This document shows positions 29,348 through 41,841 of a stretch of DNA of 64,000 nucleotides, one piece after another. The first letter of the stretch is position 1. Every line of letters begins with the position of its first letter. The stretch covers positions 65,844,001 to 65,908,000 of the forward strand of contig OZ024741.1 of the NCBI GenBank assembly GCA_964016885.1. The letters are read 5' to 3'. The stretch comes from Eledone cirrhosa (lineage: Eukaryota). A model generated the notes under the pieces. The model was not told the DNA's origin, did no database searches, and worked only from the letters and a program-made list of their open reading frames with translations. The translations under genes and the position numbers were made by a program.

Positions 29348-30849
29348 TCCTTTGTCAGTGTTGAACAAACGAGCAACGATGGTTGCTGGACACTACAGCT
29401 TAATACGGGATGTTTGTTTACAAAGACACCGAGCATTATAATAAATGTTCGGTGAATCCATACGTATATATATATATGTGTGCATGTATGTATATATATA
29501 TATATATATACATACTACTGTGGGTCTGTATACATATATGTATGTACGTGTACATACTTATATTTAAGTAACAGCCGTACTAAGAGTGGGAAATGAAATT
29601 TCGTTTCATTTTTTCCGTTTATATATATATTTATATATATGCATATATAAACGACTTTACAGAGTGTAGTGTATGTGTTTTATTGTGGGACAAACACTAG
29701 AGAGGTTGTTGTACCCTTCAAACAACTGAAGAGTCCTTTCAACCCTTTTTTTTTGTATGCATTTTACAATTGGATGACATTCCTATCATCAACCGCTTTA
29801 CAGAGTGTACTGGGTGCATTTTATGATAGTACTAGCACTAAAGAGCTTGTGGATCATTGACACAACTGAAGGGCTATGGGATGGGGGTAACTTGTCTGAA
29901 GTAAGTTATGTTTAGGGAGGGAAATAGGATGGGGAGAGGTAAGAAGGATGGTAGGCATGAATGATATGGGTAAGCTGCAATAGGTGGGAGGAGGGAATGT
30001 AGGCTAACAAATATGATGTCATGGGTGTATAACAAGTGTGATGGGGTTTAAAGCAGTGAGAAAATATGTCATGGGTGTATGACAAAAGTACATCAGTGTG
30101 GTGGGATTTAATAAGGTGATGTATGATAGAAACAGCATAGGTTACCCATCCTGCTCCTCACAGACAAATGATGATAACAATAGTTCTTATAAATATAAAT
30201 ATTTCTTGAAAGAGTAACTTTTTTTTTTAAATTATCAATCAAAAAGATTCCAGGCCTCATTCGCTTACTGAGTGGGGTGGAACTTGTCAGATCGGACCAA
30301 GAAAACAATGTTTCCATTGCTGATACTATCTACTGGTCATAACTTCTGGCAGAAGGAACATTGTGAAATAAAGTATCTTGCTCAAGGACATAGCACATTG
30401 CCTGGTCCAGGAATCGAACTCGCAACCTTAAAGATTGTGAATCCAATTCTATACTTAAACATAAAAGTTAAACTGCATAAGAGAAAGATGTTAACATTCA
30501 TACATCTCTCATTGAAATAATTCCAACAGGAATTTAAAGCCAAGTTGAAGAAGGAACACTGCTATGTTACAGAACATAGCATACAATAACAAGATGTACT
30601 GTGATCCATTGAGAAGCACCGTATTTAAAAAGATGAAACTCGCTATCTTTAATTCGGGATTCATGCCAACCTTTAACAATGGTCATGATCCTTGGGTAAT
30701 GAATGACCAAAAGAATACGACTGCAAATACAAGCGGCTGAAATGGGGTTCCTCTGGAGGGTCCTTGGAATAACGTTACTCAATAGAGCTAGGAGCCCTGA
30801 GAGTCGCTCCAAGTAGAACCACTACTTCTCCAAAGAGAGATCACAGTTT

Positions 30850-31055
30850 CGATACTACAGGCAAATGATTAGAATCACTGGATAGATATTATGGGAAAAC
30901 CCAAGTGGCAGGTGACCCAGGGGTAGACCCTCAACAAAATGGTTGGATAACATCCACGAGTTCGGTTGGTCTCACTTGGAAATCCAAGCCGGATCAATTG
31001 GAGACAGTTGTCTGACAGGACTCTGCCTCCATGACCCTCTCAGGAGTAAGTGAAT
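30850..31055 (+). mobile_element. RTE-like LINE 3' end fragment
   Basis: RPRGRP..KWLDNI-like C-terminus and tail ggactctgcctccatgaccctctcaggagtaagtg. Paralogous 3' end at ~46190-46360. Confidence 0.6.
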
Positions 31056-31074
31056 AATGATAATAATAATAATA

Positions 31075-31455
31075 ATTGTGTCTATTATAGGCACAGGGCC
31101 AACAGGGAAGTCAATTAAATCAACGCCAGTACCTCACTGGCACTTTTATTTTATCAACCCCGAAAGGATGAAAGGCAAAACTAACCTCTAAGGGATTTGA
31201 ACTCAGAACGCAAAGGGCCCTAACTCTATGCAGCAAAGCATATTGTCGGACGCTCTACCGATTCTGCCAATCCACCACCTTTCTAATAATAATGTTTCTA
31301 CTTATCGTACAAGGCCAGCAATTACCCCAGTGCATTACTGGTGCTTTATTTTATCGACTCCGTAAGGTTGAAAAGTAAAGTTAACTTCGGCGGGATTTGA
31401 ACTCAGAACGTAAAGGGCCATAGCTCTATGCTGCAAAGCATGGTGTCTGACGCTG
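31075..31455 (-). mobile_element. Two tandem SINE family A copies
   Basis: Reverse-complement core and gggatttgaactcagaacg B box occur twice. Confidence 0.88.
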
Positions 31456-31914
31456 AAGAAGATGGTGGTGTTGATGGAGGTGATTGGTGGTGGTAAGACC
31501 CAGTCTAATAGTTATATAAACACATAGTTTCACGAAAGAGAGATTTGGTAGCTACATTAACCCTTTTGTTACTCTATTTCAAATGAAAGACACTGTCTAC
31601 GATTTTCAAATAAATTTCAAAGTTATGAAGAACTCGAAGTGACTCAGAGAAGAATGCTATCTCATTATATGTTGTTGAATATTCAAAGAACTATAGAGTC
31701 AGATAATCGATAAGTCAATATATCGATAATAAGGTTCATTTCACCCTTTGAATCGATCGTAAAACAATGGATTAATTAAGCAATGGACCTCGTGTTGTTT
31801 TTGTTTTTGTTTTATTGTTCAACCTATATAGCACTACTTCAGTAAAATAACTAAATTATAATGAGATACAGTAGAACTGTGTCAGTGACCAGGTCGGATG
31901 TCTCAACACTTTAT

Positions 31915-31947
<33 letters not shown>

Positions 31948-31951
<4 letters not shown>

Positions 31952-32215
31952 TTTAGTTAATAAATGAAACAAACAAAACACGAAGCAATTTTTACAGTTA
32001 TATTAGGTTCACGCTTCCTATATATATGTGTGTGTGTGTGTGTACATTTTTGGGGACACCCTCTCAGTGTGTGTGTGTATACTTTAGTTAACAAATGAAA
32101 CAAACAAAACAAGGCAATTTTTACAGTTATATTAGGTTCACGCTTGCTATATATGTGTGTGTGTGTGTGTGTACATTTTGGGGGACACCGTCTGTGTGTA
32201 TGTGTGTGTGTATAT
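31948..32215. repeat. Tandem duplication of ~130 bp
   Basis: ctttagttaa.aaatgaaacaaacaaaaca...tacattttggggacacc occurs twice. Confidence 0.9.
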
Positions 32216-32467
32216 ATATATCATCACCATCCTCATTGTCGTTTCAACGTTCGCCTTTCCTTGCTAGCAAGGGTTATGGTATTACAAACAAATACAAACT
32301 AAAACGAAACAATAGTAAATATAATAGTATGTATGTGAGTTTCAACATAGGATTTCAGATCAACTCACCAAGCGAGAATAATTACACTGAATAATTACAA
32401 ATAAATTATAAAGACACTCGACAAGAAATGGAAATATAACTTAAGGAAGAGGGAAAAACCAAATAAT

Positions 32468-32883
32468 AATAATTGTTTCTACATTAGGCACAAGGCCAGC
32501 AATTACCCAGTGCATTACTGGTACTTTATTTTATCGACCCCGTAAGGATGAAAGGCAAAGTTAACCTCGGCGGGATTTGAACAAATAATAATAATAATTG
32601 TTTCTACTTTCGGCACAAGGCCAGCAATTTGAAGGTGAGGGGAAAGTCGATTAAATTTAGCCCAGTGTGTGACTGGTACTTTATTTTATCGACCTCGTAA
32701 GGATGAAATGTAAAACTAACCCCTGCGGGTTTTGAACAATGATGATGATGATTTCTACTATAGGCACAAGGCCAACATTTTGAAGTGGAGAGGAAAGTCG
32801 ATTAAATCGATCCCAGTGCATTACTGGTACTTTATTCTATCGACCCCGTAAGGACGAAAGGCAAAGCTAACCTCGGCGGGATT
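32468..32883 (-). mobile_element. Three tandem 5'-truncated SINE family A copies
   Basis: Each copy has tail and core but stops at the B box (gggatttgaac, gggttttgaac, gggatt). Confidence 0.88.
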
Positions 32884-33555
32884 AATAATAATCATAGGCA
32901 TGATTTGGGAAAGAAGCAGAATTTAAAGAAAGTTTCAAATAATAATAATTCAGTACCTTGCAGTAATATTTGTACGGAGTAAACATCTTCATGATTACAA
33001 TAAACGGTATAACTCCAATAATTACGATCTTATTTGTCCATACAATTAATCCAGCATTATTGTGTTCATAGTTCAAGAGGAAGGAATAACTATGCAGAAT
33101 GACTGATAAAAACAGCTTCTACACATGTAACATACACGTCGTCCCTCTTTTCTTTACACATAAACAGTGTTTCTCCAGCTGTTTGTTGAATAAAGCTTCA
33201 GCTTGTCATTATGGAGGTAGGATGACGGCGGGGAGTAGGAGGGAGGGTATTGCTTAGGGACATCCTGACGACACTCGAGTGGTTTATTTGGTCGGCGGTA
33301 ATCGGCAAATGATGATAACAGTTAATAACAACAATAACGATAAATTATAATTTGCTATTATTAAGTCGAGCACGTCTTTCAAAATACTAGATTTCTTCTA
33401 ACGGTTTTCATTAACGAAATGAATTTTGCGTCGGATGGAGGACATGTCAACACAATATATGTACCCCTACCTTAAAGACACATATTTATATAGACATACA
33501 TTGATTACATACACTAACACACACTATATGAAACAGTTTCTATGCCGGAAGCGAG

Positions 33556-33600
<45 letters not shown>

Positions 33601-34351
33601 ATGCATTACTTTATTACGTGACCCAGTAGACAAGCCGAGGCGATGCATGCTCCCCCCCCCCCTCTCTCGTGTGTGAGTATATATATATAGAGAGAGAGAG
33701 AGATGTACTAATGAGGGCGCCAGTACACCACTGTTTACCTGCTAGAAATAGCTGTCACAGATTTGCTTGATTGTCGACAACATTGAATGTTTCTAAACCA
33801 TCATATCTGTTTTATAAAACAATGGTTTACTTTCTTATTGTATTTTATTATTATTACTGAACAGCTACTGTTATTACGCCTTAAGGTACAGAAAAAAACA
33901 AACATTCTAATCCGTTGTGTCCCCATCTATATACTCACTAAGTAATCTGCGTGCGGCAGCTACTGATACACCCAAGTCAACAAAATACTGTTGGTTGCTA
34001 CCTTGGAGAGGCAGCATGCAAATCTCTTTAAAAATAGGGAGAGACCACATTAAATAATACAATTCCCGATACACAGAAGAAAAGAAACACCGAGATGGTC
34101 ACGGGTAGAATGTATTTGATCAGCATAGGTTTGCTTAATAAGAGCTGATCTTGGGTTAACCAGCAAAGATAATACTTGACGCTCAATGCTGCATACGTAC
34201 ATGCATAAATAAATATGTGATTCGTGAAAACTCATTCAGCTTGTGCTAAATCTTAATGTAAATATACAGTCTTAATACAATGTATATAACTTAAATTTAT
34301 TCAAGCCAACCTACATACATATTTATGTGTGTGTGTAATAAATAAATATAT

Positions 34352-34690
34352 GTGTGAAGGTGCGTGGCTTACTGGTTAGAGTTGGATTCCCAATCGTGAG
34401 GCTGTTAATTCGATTCCCAAATCGGGCGAGCGTCGTGTTCTTGAGAAACACACTTTATTTCACGTTGCTCCAGTTCACTCAGCTGCAGAAATGAGTTATC
34501 TCTGGTGCCAAGCTGTATCGGCCTTAACCTTTCTCTTGGATACATCAGTGACGTGACGAGGGGAGACTGGTATGCATCGGTGACTTATAGTCTTCCACAA
34601 ATCACCTTGCCCGAGCTTGTGTCTCGGAGGGAAATTTTCTAGGTGCAAAACCCATGGCCATTCATGACCGAAGGGGGTTTTACCCTTTTC
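34352..34690 (+). mobile_element. tRNA-derived SINE family B
   Basis: A box tggcttactggttag, B box ttcgattccc, core ttgagaaacacactttatttcacgttgctccagttcactcagctg. Confidence 0.85.
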
Positions 34691-34752
34691 ATACATTTAT
34701 ATACACTGATAGATACATTATGAAACACATGTACACATACATACCACTAGAC

Positions 34753-35623
34753 CAAAGGTTCTCAACGGGGGGGGGGGGCATATGCACCCCCGGGGGAGAG
34801 TTACGGAACTCCAGGGAGGGCGTTTGGGAGCAAGCTCGCGTGGGGGGGGGGGTATTTGGAGCTGGAGGAGGAGGTTAGGGGGGCGCTGGAAGGCTCTTTA
34901 TTTTGGTAAGTTTTATAAGCCATATTTGTTTGTTTTGAGACAGCCAGTGTGAATGCATTTGAATGAGCTTGCAGACAGCATAACTATAGTCTGACCGCAG
35001 CTGTGAGCAGGTGTGCAGGCATGTCCGGTAATTAATACGTTAACCGGTAATTGAGATCCTAAAGATGGAAAAATCCACAGTCAACTGAGTCAAAGACACT
35101 TTGAGCGCAGCCAGTTAGAATCTTATCTTTCCTTCACCGATAACAATGTATTTCATGTCTGAAATTATTGACTCAACCGCAACGAGTTAACACTATGTCG
35201 ATCTATTTTATTCCCTATTGTATAAATAATATTACAAATTAAAAAAAAAAAAACAGAAGCGAGTAGCACACACATCTAGGACCACATACAACACATAATC
35301 AGATAATACACACATCTAGGACCACATACAACACATAATCAGATAATACACACATCTAGGACCACATACAACACATAATCAGATAATACACACATCTAGG
35401 ACCACATACAACACATAATCAGATAATACACACATCTAGGACCACATACAACACATCATCAGATAATACACACATCTTTGGAATATTGTTAATCAATTGT
35501 TTAGTAATCTACTGATATAAAAGTCAGTAGTATATTGAAAAATGGAAAAATATGGTGGGGCGGCGTTTCGTGATTTCGAGGGACAAAAGGGGGCGTTTGG
35601 CCTAAATGGGTTGAGAATCTGTG
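34753..35623. mobile_element. Non-autonomous hAT element (871 bp)
   Basis: TIRs caaaggttctcaac / gttgagaatctgtg, with a perfect 8-bp TSD cactagac at 34745-34752 and 35624-35631. Confidence 0.9.
35268..35477. repeat. 40-bp minisatellite, ~5.2 nearly perfect copies, inside the hAT element
   Basis: Unit acacacatctaggaccacatacaacacataatcagataat. Confidence 0.97.
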
Positions 35624-36201
35624 CACTAGACAAACGTCCAGTAAGCCACATTTCCGGTGTGTGTGTGTGTAACATCGCCAGTCAGAAGAGCGGATCGATA
35701 ATGGAGTCGGGTCTATAACTTCCATGAGTTGCCTTGAGACTATCCTCTGCGAGACGTACATGTATACGAAACTTCCTCGTTTTTTCTAATATATGGCTAC
35801 AACACGATTACAAGCAATGCCATCACCTGATACTTAAGTATGAGCATCATGGACGACGTGGCATTTTAGTCCTGCTAGGGACTCGCCTATGGCCAACATC
35901 ACTACAAATGTCACATATCAAGCGATGCCTGTGCTTGAAGCTTTTTTTAAGTGAGGAAAGGCTTTGCACGGGACCAACTCCACTCGCTGAACATCGAATG
36001 CATTTGCCCAAAAAGAACTGCTCTACATCATTGGATGCAAACGAAGTCGCAGGTTTTATATCAGAGTGACCTTCTCCTAGAGAGATGTCTTAATGAAGAC
36101 TAGGAGTCTCTCGCTAAAAAAAAAAAAAAATCGTGATACAACGGCTAGAGCCTGATGGCATCCCTCATCCCTATACCAGTTGGTACATGTCGATAGTTGT
36201 T

Positions 36202-37810
<1,609 letters not shown>

Positions 37811-37820
37811 GTGTATATGT

Positions 37821-40800
37821 ATAACTTTGAATAACTTTGAATAACTTTGAAATGTTTTGGCCAGTATTGGCCCAGGCCATGTCTAACTTAATAGCACCAC
37901 CTGGCGAAGTCTTTCAATTCAGGATTTGGGCACCATGGCCCATTCGAGAAGAGAATTACTGTTTGCGGAGACATATCCGGGTGTGGGTGGTTTGTCCGGG
38001 ATTACTTGGAGGAATTTGTCCAAAGACTTCTTGAATTTTGTGTGGTCAGTTTCTGTTTTGACGTGTCCTGGTGTGATGTTGAAGAGAGCAGGGCCGATTG
38101 AGGTGAAATAATTGTGCCGTATTGTTGTTATGAGTTGCGATTTAGATTTTTGTATGGGACGGATAGCACGGGGCCCAAGCCTTGGGTGTATCTTGAAGGC
38201 GATGCCAACATCATTTGGGCAGTGATGATGGAACATTTTCCACATCATGCAGATAATATAACGCTCACGGCGACGTTGGAGTGAGTAAAGTTTCAGGTTT
38301 TCTAGTCGACCCCAGTAGTCAAGGTCTGACATGCCATCTATCTTTTTCGTGATTGCCCTTTGAGGAGCTTCAAGTTTCATGATACTTTGTTTCGTGTGGG
38401 GAGACCACAGTGGACAACAGTATTCAAGGTGTGGTCGGGCAAAAGTAGAGAAGAGAAGGATAATGGTGTGGGAATCTCTCGACTGGAAGGTTCTGAGGAT
38501 CCAGGAATACATTCTGCGGGCCATGTCAACTTTGCTGCTTATATGCGTGGTCCAGCTTATGTTGCTGTCCACGGTTACTCCCAAGTCTCTGATGTTGTTA
38601 GATGCCACGAGAGTTTCACCGGAGGGAAGGGAGTACGGGAGTTTCAGAGCATCCTCTTTTCCAAAGTGGATCAGTTCGAATTTGTCTTCGTTCAGTAACA
38701 TGTTGTTCTTTTCCGCCCATTGGGTAACAGCCAGTAGGTCTGACTGAAGGCTTATCCGGTCATCCACGCCATTGATGACCTTTTGGAGCTTGGAATCATC
38801 AGCGAAAATTTTAATGTTGCTGTGTTTGATGATGTCAGTGATGTCATTAATATAGATGATGAAGAGAAGTGGGCCCAACACAGTGCCTTGTGGGACCCCA
38901 CTACTGACTTTGGCTGGGCTGGATTTGACTCCCTCAACTACAACATGTTGGGTTCTGTTTGACAGGAAGCTCTTGATCCACTGCAGCAGCTTTCCAGTGA
39001 CACCAATATTGGACAGATTTTTCAGTAGAATGTTATGATCAACCCTGTCAAAGGCCTTGCTGAAATCAAGGTAGATAACATCAGTGTTGGAACCCTCTCC
39101 CAAGGCTCTCAAAATGTCATCAAAGTGATGCAGTAGCTGCGTCAGGCAATCCCTTCCATTACGGAATCCATGCTGGTTGGAGTTCAGCATATTGTTACTC
39201 TCAAGGAAGTGGGTCATTCGCGATCTCACCACTCTCTCAAATACCTTAATGATATGAGAGGTGAATGAGATTGGACGGTAATTCACGGCAAGGGATTTGT
39301 TTCCCTTTTTGAAAACTGGGACAACAGACTGGGATAGAAGGTTTTCTGGCACATATCCAGCATCCAGTGAGTTCCGCCACAGATTGGCAAGAGGCGATGC
39401 AAGTTGGTGTTGACACGCCTTCAAGACACAAGCAGGGAACCTATCGGGACCTACTGCTGAATTATGCTTGATTTCCTTTATTGCCGCCAAGACATCAGGG
39501 GCGCCAAACGTTATGTCCGATAAGGTGTAATGGGGAGTAACATCGCCGATACAGCCCAGATCGGCCATATCAGGATTGCTGAAAACAGAGCAGTATTGTT
39601 TCTGCAGTATCTCACCCATGGTTTTAGCATTGTCTTGAAGAGTGCCATTTTCATCAATTAGAGGGCCAACAGTAGAGCCAGTGATTTTGTATTTTTTTGC
39701 AAATGAAAAGAACACTTTGGGATTGAGTTTGATCTTCTCAATGGCCCAGGCCTCTTCAGCTCTTCTCTGATTGTTGATGAGGGACATTATGTTGTTTTGG
39801 AGGTTATGTTTTTTAATCTCTAGTGATGAAATGGCAGTCAAGTTGATGTGTTGCTGCTGACAGTATTTCAGCTTGTTGATTTTTTTGTTCGTTCTCTTAA
39901 TTTTTCTGATGAGCGTTTTTCTATTTCTAGGGATTCTGCTCTTAGATTTGTTTATAGTTCTTAATGGGGTGTGTTTAGCACATATGTTTGTAACAGTGTC
40001 CACAAATGTCTGCCAGGACTTTTTGATGTTAGTGGGTGTATGAGTGTGCGTGAAGGACCAGTCGACATGTGCAAGATCATGACTGATCGCTTCCCAGTTT
40101 GCATTGTGGAAATCCATAGCGTCAAACGGATGGACAGGAGAGATGACATTGGGTTTGTATATTGGACGGTGGAATCTCAGATCACAGAGAACCATGTCAT
40201 GATCAGAGAGTAGAGTTTTCTCCACTGCAATATTGTGGATAATGTCAGTGTGATTGCTGAAAATTAAGTCTAGGACGTTTTTGTGGCACCTCGTTGGTTC
40301 GAGCACCAGTTGGGATAGGAAGAAATCATCCATGAAGTCAAGAAGCGATTCCACTGCTTCCCTGTCAGAGGTTGAGGCAGAAGAACCTGGTGGCAGGCTG
40401 TTTGTGGACCAGTCAACTCCGGGGAAGTTGAAGTCCCCCATCATTAAGATGTTGTCAGGGTGACACTCTTGGATGAAACACTTTATGCTGTTGAGGCATT
40501 CCTTGAAGCATGGTACAGGCGTTTGGGGTGGCCTATAGAGCCCAACTACTAATAGGTTGTTGGTTTGACTGAATACAGTGACTGCTTCACAGTATCCATT
40601 AGTGAATATGTTCATAGCCTCTGTTGAGAAAGAATTATGGACATAAATGGCAGTTCCGCCCTTTCTTCTGCCAGCGCGATCAGCACGGATGGCTTTGAAA
40701 TTTTTCACTTTCACCTCGGCTTCCAAGTGGAGGTTACTGAGATGGGTTTCAGTGAGGACGAAGAAAGGGATGTGGTTTGGATGGACATCAATCCAGTCCT

Positions 40801-41436
40801 CCAGGAATTTGATCTTCCATTTTTGAGTATTGGTGGAAGGGCTGATGCCTTGGGCGTTAAGCAAAAATGTAGAGGCGAGAGTGGATGGTTTTAATTGTTT
40901 TGGTGTGTTGTTAATTTGTTTGTTTGTTAATGGCAGCAATGGGAGTTTGTGCAGTGGGGTGATAGTGGAGGGTGGTGCTGGGTGATAGCTCGAATGTTTT
41001 TTTCCAGTTCTTTTGCCAGTTTCATTATGGCTAAAAAAGAGGAAGAAGTTTCCTGTTTAGAAGACTGTTGGTGACTGTGGTAGTGGTTATTTTTATGTAG
41101 GTTCTGGTTTTTGTTTTTGCTTTTATTTTTAATTTTATTTTCATTTGTCCGACGGGTCCCCGGGAGATGGGTAAAGGGACAATCCCGGTCTAAACACAAT
41201 CTGTCTCGCAGGGAAAAGCGGCAGATTTGTGGATTCCTTGTTTGAGTTATTGGCGGTTGTGTTGATGTTAAATTAGAGTATGTATTATGGTGGTGGCTGT
41301 TTGTGGGGATAGATCGTTTTGTCCTAGGTAAATGGGTGAATTTGCAGCCACTATCCGTACATATTCTATAGCGTAGAGAGTAGCGGCAAATGATGGGGTT
41401 TCGAGTGGGTGGGTATGTGGGTGTGTGTGTTATTAT

Positions 41437-41443
<7 letters not shown>
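37821..41443 (-). mobile_element. CR1-clade LINE, probably 5'-truncated within ORF1, inserted in (TA)n
   Basis: ORF1 remnant, uninterrupted ORF2, ~70-nt 3' UTR and (TCAAAGTTAT)3 tail at 37821-37850. (TA)n on both sides. Confidence 0.95.
37919..40939 (-). CDS. LINE ORF2: APE endonuclease plus reverse transcriptase (frame open upstream to ~41056)
   Basis: APE motifs LLNAQG, LTETHL, GLYRPP, GDFNFP, LDLIF, SDHD. RT motifs QHGFR, YLDFSKAFD, GVPQGTVLGPLLF, FADD, DLGV. CR1-like RPHLEY..PLWSP. 1006 codons without a stop. Confidence 0.96.
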   Translation of the reverse strand: MLPLTNKQINNTPKQLKPSTLASTFLLNAQGISPSTNTQKWKIKFLEDWIDVHPNHIPFFVLTETHLSNLHLEAEVKVKNFKAIRADRAGRRKGGTAIYVHNSFSTEAMNIFTNGYCEAVTVFSQTNNLLVVGLYRPPQTPVPCFKECLNSIKCFIQECHPDNILMMGDFNFPGVDWSTNSLPPGSSASTSDREAVESLLDFMDDFFLSQLVLEPTRCHKNVLDLIFSNHTDIIHNIAVEKTLLSDHDMVLCDLRFHRPIYKPNVISPVHPFDAMDFHNANWEAISHDLAHVDWSFTHTHTPTNIKKSWQTFVDTVTNICAKHTPLRTINKSKSRIPRNRKTLIRKIKRTNKKINKLKYCQQQHINLTAISSLEIKKHNLQNNIMSLINNQRRAEEAWAIEKIKLNPKVFFSFAKKYKITGSTVGPLIDENGTLQDNAKTMGEILQKQYCSVFSNPDMADLGCIGDVTPHYTLSDITFGAPDVLAAIKEIKHNSAVGPDRFPACVLKACQHQLASPLANLWRNSLDAGYVPENLLSQSVVPVFKKGNKSLAVNYRPISFTSHIIKVFERVVRSRMTHFLESNNMLNSNQHGFRNGRDCLTQLLHHFDDILRALGEGSNTDVIYLDFSKAFDRVDHNILLKNLSNIGVTGKLLQWIKSFLSNRTQHVVVEGVKSSPAKVSSGVPQGTVLGPLLFIIYINDITDIIKHSNIKIFADDSKLQKVINGVDDRISLQSDLLAVTQWAEKNNMLLNEDKFELIHFGKEDALKLPYSLPSGETLVASNNIRDLGVTVDSNISWTTHISSKVDMARRMYSWILRTFQSRDSHTIILLFSTFARPHLEYCCPLWSPHTKQSIMKLEAPQRAITKKIDGMSDLDYWGRLENLKLYSLQRRRERYIICMMWKMFHHHCPNDVGIAFKIHPRLGPRAIRPIQKSKSQLITTIRHNYFTSIGPALFNITPGHVKTETDHTKFKKSLDKFLQVIPDKPPTPGYVSANSNSLLEWAMVPKS

Positions 41444-41445
<2 letters not shown>
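40927..41445 (-). CDS. LINE ORF1 C-terminal part with two CCCH zinc fingers
   Basis: CRYSLRYRICTDSGCKFTH and CRFSLRDRLCLDRDCPFTH are both C-x8-C-x4-C-x3-H. The annotated ATG lies at the (TA)n boundary and is probably not the true start. Confidence 0.8.
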
Positions 41446-41497
<52 letters not shown>

Positions 41498-41649
41498 TAT
41501 TATGCTTTGGGAGGGTCATGTTGCCAATAAGAAACACACGCACCAGTTGTTTTCATTCCAATTTATTATAAATTAAATTTATAAATTTAAAGATTTATAA
41601 ATTTCCGGTTGGTTGGTTGGTTCCATAACCGGACGGTTGTTCATATATT

Positions 41650-41692
41650 GTCAAAGTTCATTCGTCACACATTCTGTGACCTCTTCAGTGAC
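41650..41692 (-). ncRNA. Degenerate Penelope-type hammerhead motif in a ~260-bp insert between (TA)n tracts
   Basis: gtca-CTGAAGA-g-gtcaca-gaatg-tgtgac-GAAt-gaactt-tgac. The GAAA box is mutated. Confidence 0.4.
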
Positions 41693-41754
41693 TGGGGATT
41701 CTTTTCTTTGTTTTGTGCCTCTCCTTTGTTCTGTCCTACGCCATCTTGTTTTTG

Positions 41755-41841
<87 letters not shown>

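Larger units (their letters stand above)
28316..29621 (+). mobile_element. Retrozyme/Penelope-pLTR-like tandem repeat: inverted arm (28316-28519), truncated unit (28521-28763), units ~28791-29147 and ~29222-29621
   Basis: Direct repeats of a ~420-bp non-coding unit. The two longer units each contain a hammerhead core. Flanked by (TA)n. Confidence 0.8.

Noticed and set aside
35268-35477. Regular 40-bp repeats as a CRISPR array (also 1-370)
   Set aside because: Head-to-tail units with no unique spacers, no cas genes, and a eukaryotic context.
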